Of a stretch of 64,000 bases of DNA, positions 56,301 to 64,000 are shown in pieces (within the stretch, counting starts at the first letter, position 1; each line of letters opens with the position of its first letter). The DNA lies in the NCBI GenBank assembly GCA_044892525.1, contig CM097885.1:5024001-5088000 (forward strand). Reading direction: 5' to 3'. Both the position numbers and the translations under genes were made by a program. The stretch is from Schmidtea polychroa. Its lineage: Eukaryota. Below the pieces are notes generated by a model, which was not told the origin of the DNA, did not search any database, and saw only the letters and a list, made by a program, of their open reading frames with translations.

Positions 56301-58003
56301 GTCAAATGTTTTACAAATATTTCAACTGAAATAAATATTGAATAAAGATAAAATATAAAAATTAGTTTAACTTTAAACTGTTTATTAAACAACAATAATA
56401 TAAACCTCAGGGGGATTCATGACCTTCTAGAATCAATTAAGATTAACGATATAACATTTCATAAATCATTTCATTATAAAATTTTACAATCTTTTGTTTT
56501 TTTGTTCCAATGATATTTCAATTTTTCTCTCTGGTCTTCAAATTGTTTAGTTAATTTAATTTTTGACAGACGATACATCTTAAGCAACGATCATGGTAAA
56601 AAGATCTGAAGAAACGTGGGAAAACTTAAAAGGAAGATTGAAATTTGTTTAAATAACACACAAATAGAAGATATAAAATATTTGAGTGCATAATTTATTA
56701 AATAAAATTTATGGAGTTATTTAGTAATTTACCAACCGATGTTAATCTTTTAACGGATGAGAATCCTAATGAAATATATTGTGGTAAAGTTTCCATTTAA
56801 TAATTGTTTATTTCAATCAAATATCATCATTCAAAGGTCAAATAAATCATTGTTCAAATTGCCGTTTATATTCCTCAATTGCCTCTTTCAATTGCTCCCT
56901 ATCAATTTTGCCATTGCAGAAAAATTCCCCTTCAAAATGTAAAACTGGAATTTTATCATAATATTTTTGATTATATTTCCAATTTCTCATGATTTTGATA
57001 TCAATCTCATTGAAATTGAGCTGAAATTATTAAATATAATTAAATAAATATTTATTATATCATTTACATCACAATCTATTATATCCTCGATTGTCTCCTT
57101 ACCTTTGATACATTTGTCACATCCTTCTCTCATAAATAAAGTTACAGAAGGTTTCTGGTATCCGATTGAACGAGACAATAATCTCATTGCAAATCTTTCA
57201 AATTTCCAGTTCATGTATTTGTTAATAAATCGTTGATTGATTAAAACACGAGACCTTTCATATAGAACTAAGCGATCCTAAATAGTTTGAAATCATACAT
57301 TTTATTATACATAAATGTTTGCCTGATTTTCAATAATTGATTTGATAAATTTTATTATTTTGCTAATCATATTTTCACATTCAGAAATTCCTTTTGTTAT
57401 AATCATTCAATTGATAAACATTGATAAATAGATATAATAATCATTTCAAATCTGAATATTGCTTACATTGCTTAGTTGGAATGATGCATTGTTACGGATC
57501 CTATGTTAAACCTTCATTGCGAGTAATTGCAAAAAATCGGTTACAATTTGATAGAGCTATTAAAAGTATTCCGGATTCAATTGCAACAGATGTATTTCTT
57601 ACTTACAGACAATGCATAGGAGAGTGCCTGGCGATGGAATGGATCCGCAATCTCACTCGTAAATGTAGCATTATTGTGTTCTAATTTGTCAAGTTCTTTC
57701 ATATCTTGAGGCATCTGAGATAAAATATTCATTCTAGTTTTATTTTTGTTTCCAAATAAATCAACCAATTAAAATAAATTTATTAAGCACAGCAAATGTA
57801 AAATTTGTTCATTTGACCAATCAGAGAAAGTCTAATGGAATATAAAATAATTAATTACGACTATTGAAAACAATACATAATAAAATATATTTTGTCACAC
57901 AATAATATTATGTAATTAAAATTAATTTCAGATTTTAGTGACAAAATAGTAAAATGCTTAAGAATAGAAACGAAAATAGAATATGAAAATGAAAATAAAT
58001 TAA

Positions 58004-58331
58004 CAGCCAAAAGTGATAAATTGCTGCTCAGGTGCAGAATTGAATAATTATGAGAAAATTAAAAATAACATTTCAATAAAAATTGATTTATTTTGGATTT
58101 TATCAGATTTATTATTTGCCTTGTGCTGGTGGATCAATTTGTCTGGATCAGTTATTGATGCATTTGCCCAATTATAAACTGATTGCAACATTATTGATGC
58201 CGTGGATCAGCTGTAACCGCATTTAATGCTGATTGGATCAAATCGGATCAGCATTTAATGAGCTTTGTGCAGATCCATTTATTGAGCTGTTTTGAATCAA
58301 TTTTTATTGTTGCTCGTGATTTTGAATTGAA
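58004..58331 (+). repeat. Near-identical duplicate of the TRAF 3' end and downstream sequence (55632-55960)
   Basis: cagccaaaagtgataaattgctgctcaggtgcagaattgaa...ttgctcgtgattttgaattga occurs in both places. Confidence 0.85.
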
Positions 58332-60735
58332 ATATTTGAAATTTTTCTTTTTTCATTTTTATTCAAAATATTTATTTTCTATTTTGAAACATTTTTAATT
58401 TTTATTTTCTAAAATGATATTATGGCAGCCATGTTAGATTTCTATCAGATTATTTATTTGAATTTATTATAATAATATTGCAACTGAGCATTTCTTATAA
58501 TTGAAGGTGAAAATGCATTTGATAGAATCCCTCGAAGGCCAGCCAAATCATCATTATCATTATCGATAATTACAATTCCATATTTATAATAATGTTGCTA
58601 GGCTCAAGGCAGCAACCAAATTTACACCTTTAGGAGTTCCTTGAAATCTCCACTACATTCCCAACAATAATATCCATAGAAACATTGAACATTTCAACAT
58701 CAAAGCGTTCTCTAGAGTCAAAAGGTTTCTCATTTTCACTGAGTTTATCAAATATTTGAACGCTTTCATTTTACATTTTTTTATGTTTGTCAAATGTTTT
58801 ATTTAAATGTGTTTTTAGGAAAAGAATTTTAAATAATTTTATATTAAAATGAAATCTCAATAAAGCAAAGCGAAAGCTCCTGCCTAACTGAATCAGTAAT
58901 GCATTAGTAGGAATATGGCCAATCGCATTTTTGGCTTGAAATATATTTTTTATTAATTATACTTTATTTTTATATTAATATTTATTTATTTCTTATTGAT
59001 TTATTTTTATGTATTTAATTTTTTTAAGGTGCAGTTTAACAATTCTAAGATTTAAAATTACTAATCTTTTGTTCATAAAGGTTTTCGACAGCAATAATTC
59101 GGTTAGCAACAAGTCGTTTAGTTTCTGACTCACAATTACAAATAGTCACTCGATTTTCACCCTTCTTTAGTAAGCAATCGTTATCGTAAGGTAGGTTGCC
59201 CAAGTGGTTATCACCTGTTCTGGCACGATAAGTTATAATGTTCCCTAAATTTAGTTGAATTACTTTCTCTTCGATTTTGTAAATTCTCGCTAATTTGTTT
59301 CTTCAACCAACTGGCAACTCATCTCTTTCCAGCTTTTCCTTTTGTACTTTACTAAAAGATATTATAAATTTTTAGGCATCCGTTATTTTAATTCTTGTGG
59401 AGATAACTGACATTCTTCTACAGCATTGATTACCCGTTAATTTTAATCTTCTAAGAGCGATTATTTGTTAACGGTCACTCAATTGAGGTCGCTTCAACTT
59501 CGAATTAATCGGGTCTCAGTGAGCTTCGGGTTGATTCGGGAAATATAAAATGTTTTAATAACAAAAACTTAGTCAAAAATATACAATAATCTAGAAATCT
59601 AGAAATTATTTCTCCATTAGCTTGAAGTTTCTTGAATTTCTCGGAAGCGGATTCGAGATCATTGAACGATTTGAGAAATCTCTGACAAATCAACTCATTC
59701 ATACGGCTAAATGTCTTGAATTGCCGCACTATTTCAATTTCTTGACTTGATAGGTTTACCAGATCTTTGTGAGATTCTCCAGTCCATTTGTTCTTTCGAT
59801 TTAAACCTTTGATACAGTCACGAATCATTGGGCATTAACTGAATTAGTTCTTCGATAATGATTGCCCTTGAACAACTGTTATCGTTCGACTGAATTCACG
59901 AACTCTATATGAACCGGGTTACTTGAAGGCAGTTCAATAAAGGCTCCAATTACAGTTAACATTAACAATGATTCAGTTGAGTTGATAATGTCAACATTTT
60001 ATGTCTCTTGCAAATGTTTTGTTGGTGGGAAATTGACAAAAGTTCCAATAATTTGTGCTTTACATCGTTTGATATTATCTGGTCGTCTTGATGCATCTTT
60101 ATAAATGAAAAATTACAACTATTCGATTTATAATAAGGTAAAAATGCCCGAATGTAGAAATAGTTAAAACTGAATCCGAGTTATAGAACTCACACAATTC
60201 ATCTCTTGTTTCTCCATGAAATTTGAGTAATAATTCAGCAGGAAATATAAAGGAGCACAATCCATTTCACCCTCAACTATTTGCCCTGAGCATTCCAATG
60301 TATCTCCAGCAATTGTTACTGTCTCCTCCAATTTCATGTCATCCAACTATTTCACCCTCAACCATTTTCCCTAAGCATTCCAATGTATCTCCAGCAATTG
60401 TTACTGTCTCCCTCCAATTTAATTAACTCGAACCATTTTAATTGTGCTGAAATGTTTTTCCCACGTCATTTTTAATTCCTGAGTTCTGTTTTTTTCTATA
60501 TTGATTTCTGGAAATGTTCAATTCTATTATCGAGGTGCTTTAGAGGCAATTTCATTCAGTCAATTCCTGCTTGAGGATGTTTTAGACAGACTCAAAAACT
60601 CTTGGCGATGAAAACTGGAGAACAAGATCAGTAGGGTAACACGTGGACCCGAGAACAAAGAACTATTACGTAATCGATGACGCCACAACGGAAATTACGT
60701 CTTATCCCATACCCCGGGAAGAGGGGTGTTTTTTA

Positions 60736-61030
60736 AATTACGTAACAAATACATATTGCGTAATGAAGACATATTACACAACAAAGATATATTATGTAAC
60801 AAAGACATGTTACATAACAAAGACATATAACATAATAAAGGCATATCACGTAACAAAGACATATTACACAACAAAGACATATTATATAATAAAGACATAT
60901 TACATAACAAAGACCTAAATTTAAACAAAGGACTATTATATAACAAAGACATATTATTCAAAAAGGCCATAAATCTAAGCAAAGGGCTATTACGTAACAA
61001 AGATATTTTAACAAATACACATGACTCATC
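60736..61030. repeat. 18-bp tandem array, consensus ATATTACRTAACAAAGAC (about 15 degenerate units)
   Basis: Seen directly; ends in an ATGACTCAT at 61021. Confidence 0.85.
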
Positions 61031-61898
61031 ATACTTTTTAAAAATATTACGTTGCGGTATTTTAAAATTTAAATATATTTTAAAAACTATCTGAAAAGAT
61101 ATTCTGTGCCCCTACTCACAAAGGTACTGCTCACAAAGGTACTGCTAAAAATATTCAAGGCAAAACTTTAACATATTATTACACACACACACACAATGTA
61201 CAAAAAATATTATTTAGTGTTCTAGCGGGCACATGGTTTTGATCTTCAGTTTACCTTCATGCCTGAATGTTTACCTTCAGTTTGAATGATGACATTTGTG
61301 AAGTTACATTTGATAAAAATTTGACAAATACACTTGGATTAGAGAAGCAGCAATATCGGGAAAAATCGGCGGGTATACGTAAACCAAGAATACTTGAACA
61401 TCATTAACAAATGTTTATATATACTAACATTATTGAGCCTATAATTGTTGGTGATTCCAGTGTTCCTCTATTGAAATCGGTATGGATTGGAAAATACGAA
61501 CATGATGAAGTTGTCAATATAAATATAGATAATCCTATGTATTTACCAATTTCAAGCTCATGTATAAACAATATAGAAATAAATATTCGTGACGATAGTG
61601 GAAAACTTATAAACTTCCCAAAAGACTCAAAAACTCATTTGACACTACATTTTTGTAAAGTAGATGGCTAATTCTGATATTATTAGTATGTATAGTGATA
61701 GCTAATCTGGCGGTGAATTACCATATTTTATTGGTAAACAGTACGGATCGGGATGGCTAAAAACAATTGGGAGATTTGCACTACCTATTCTTAAACGTAT
61801 TGGTAGTTTTGGTATGAAAACTGCAAAAGATTTGATTATGAATAAACAGAAAATATTACCATCCCTAAAAACAAATGCTTTAGCTGAATTAGGTAAAT

Positions 61899-62214
61899 TG
61901 GAAAACAAATATTAGGAAATGAATTTGTAGGAGTTTTTCCTCTCGATAAAATTCCTTATTTGAGCAATAATCAAGCCATAATCGTCAATACTCAATCGTC
62001 TCATCTTGGTGGAGAACATTGGATAGTTATATATATGAAACCTGGTAATATATTCGTGTTCGACCCTATGGGTTTCTATTATCCGGCTTTGATGATATCA
62101 AAACTACAAACGATGGGAAAACCTATTGTGTATAACAAAACTATGTTTCAAAATCCATTAACTCAAACATGCGGTCAACATTGTTTAGCTTGTTTGTTGT
62201 ATAAAAATTTTTAA
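61899..62214 (+). pseudogene. 5'-truncated adenain-like protease of the second Polinton
   Basis: Highly similar to 34850-35174 and has an uninterrupted C-terminus, CGQHCLACLLYKNF. Confidence 0.85.
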
Positions 62215-63834
62215 GTTTAATAAATGTATGTAATCATATTTGTTGTTCACTTTATTAACGATGAAATTGCAATATTAATGCAAAATATTAATGAGCAATG
62301 CCCTTAGGGGGACAAAATATCTTGTCAGATAAACTTCGAGTATATATAATAATAATAATAAAAAAAAAAAAAAAATAATAATAATAATAATAATAATAAT
62401 AATCACCGCGCACGTTATTTAAAATGAGTTATCCATTATTTTTAAAACATTTTCAATTCTTAAAAGTTGTTGAATTATCCCTTATTTATTGCCCATTACA
62501 CACAGGCACGCATAAAGTCAGTTTTTCTACCCCCTATATATTTGACCTACTTAATTTTTCAAAAATTTTCTAAGTATTTGGAGTTGACCTACTTATAAAC
62601 TCTGAAAATATTTATGTTGATACCTTGAAAATTGTAAAGAATTATTAAATTTCTGAGAAAAACCATAGAAAAATATAAAACTTTCGAGAAAAACTCTTAA
62701 AAACCGTTGAAAAATATAAAATTTCTGAAAAAATTATAAAATTTTCGAGAAAAACTCTTGAAAATCTTAAAAAATTTAAAATTTTTGAGTTGACCTACTT
62801 TTTTTAAAAAAATGTGAGTTAGCGGGCTCCATACTATCTACTTTGGCGGGAAAATAAATTTAACCAAAACTTAAAGTCCTTGATAAAGTTAACTGGTTTC
62901 TTAGCTTATGTTTTTTAAAGTGCATCAAATATAAATGGAAATATTCTTAGAAAATTATTGAAAAATTATTTATTCAAATACATTACAAAGTTATCATCAA
63001 AAATTTATTCTATCACTTACTTATTAACCTAATTGTCAATGAAATTAATTTTTATTTAAAATTAAAAAACTATTCAATAAAATACAACTAATTATCAAGA
63101 AATTAATTAAATTTATCACCATTAAAACCTTAAATTTTAAAATATTCTTTCAGTCAACATGAAATTCTTAGAAAATTATTCAATATCCTCATCAAAATTT
63201 ATCCTATCACTTGATTATTGTAAAAACTATAATTATTAACCTCATTGAAAATAATTTTTATTTAAAATTAAAATACATCCAATTATCAAGAAATTAATTA
63301 AATTTACCTTAGAATTAGCAATAAAACTTAAAATTTTTAAATATTCATTCAATAAACATGAAATTTGCAAAAATGATAAAAATTCACAAAAATGATAGAA
63401 ATCTGCAAAAATAATAGAAAATTACAAAAATGATGGAAATTCACAAAAATGATAGAAATTTACTTGAATATTTACTAAAACTATCAACTCTTAACCTTAT
63501 CAATGAATGCCTTAAACAACAAATTTGCCTAAATAATCATTCAAATAAAAGCATTAAATACCAGTACCTTTATGATCAGTACCCTTGCGACATGTTGAAT
63601 GTGAGTAGTACCCTTGTGAGCAATACCCATAGGGGGACAGAATATTTTGTCGGATAATAATAATTTTTTTTTCACATTTATGTTTAAAAATTAATTAATT
63701 TATTAAAAATAAAATATACAATTTCCTAAGATACCCACACTATATATTTTTTTAATATTTATTTTCAATATTATTTTCAATATTATTTTCAAATTTTTAA
63801 TATTATTTTATGTTGAAAAAAAACTAATGTCAAT

Positions 63835-63875
63835 TGGGATTTGAACCACTGTGCCAGTCTATTCCCACTGAGCCA
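63835..63875 (-). other. tRNA-type Pol III A/B boxes, possible SINE remnant
   Basis: Minus strand reads TGGCTCAGTGG...GGTTCAAATCCC. The spacing is too short for a tRNA. Confidence 0.35.
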
Positions 63876-64000
63876 GCAATCTTAATTTTAAAATTGCTTT
63901 TTCCTATTAAACATAGAAAATTAAATATTCTACTTAAAAACTAAAAGTAGTAGAATATTATGAAAATAATATTTATAAAAAAAATATTTTGACTTGGGAT

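Larger units (their letters stand above)
60630..62842 (+). mobile_element. Internally deleted, non-autonomous Polinton relic
   Basis: AGTAG start and CTACT end. Contains an mCP 3' fragment (61276-61671, with a stop), a core-protein fragment (61664 to about 61898, with a stop) fused directly to the protease (to 62214), and the shared subterminal motif. Confidence 0.8.

Noticed and set aside
59000..60450. Minus-strand ORF fragments as a retroelement or gene
   Set aside because: No recognisable motifs; only a short tandem duplication near 60280-60420.
60643..61000. TKTYY and NMSLL repeat ORFs
   Set aside because: Translations of the 18-bp tandem array.
63835..63875. tRNA gene
   Set aside because: A and B boxes are too close together and no cloverleaf can be formed.

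Overview
AT-rich, intron-containing eukaryotic DNA, probably a planarian-type flatworm (inferred from very short AT-rich introns, long (ATT)n tracts and a TRAF paralogue; not proven). 0.9-17.3 kb holds the 3' part of a dishevelled gene (basic region, PDZ, DEP; DIX lies upstream of the window) with MITE-like hairpins and hAT relics in its introns. 18-25 kb is transposon debris (Helitron helicase, DD39D-type mariner). 25235-43714 is an 18.5-kb Polinton/Maverick (adintovirus-like endogenous virus) with AG...CT ends, a 6-bp target-site duplication (GTTGTA) and 1.5-2.1 kb terminal inverted repeats (TIRs). It encodes pPolB, integrase, major and minor capsid proteins, core proteins, an adenain-type protease and a truncated packaging ATPase. 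Its accessory genes are unusual: a spliced Bcl-2 homologue, a divergent TBP, a predicted GPI-anchored coiled-coil protein, and SIM-rich exons that appear to splice onto pPolB. The TIRs carry dense arrays of AP-1 (TGACTCA) and NR5A/ERR (TCAAGGTCA) consensus sites. A related relic at 60.6-62.8 kb keeps the same repeat scaffold but carries different motifs (TTACRTAA, AAGTAGGTCA). Also present are an ACBD4/5-like gene, a TRAF gene and an orphan ORF. All calls come from reading the sequence by eye; no searches were run.
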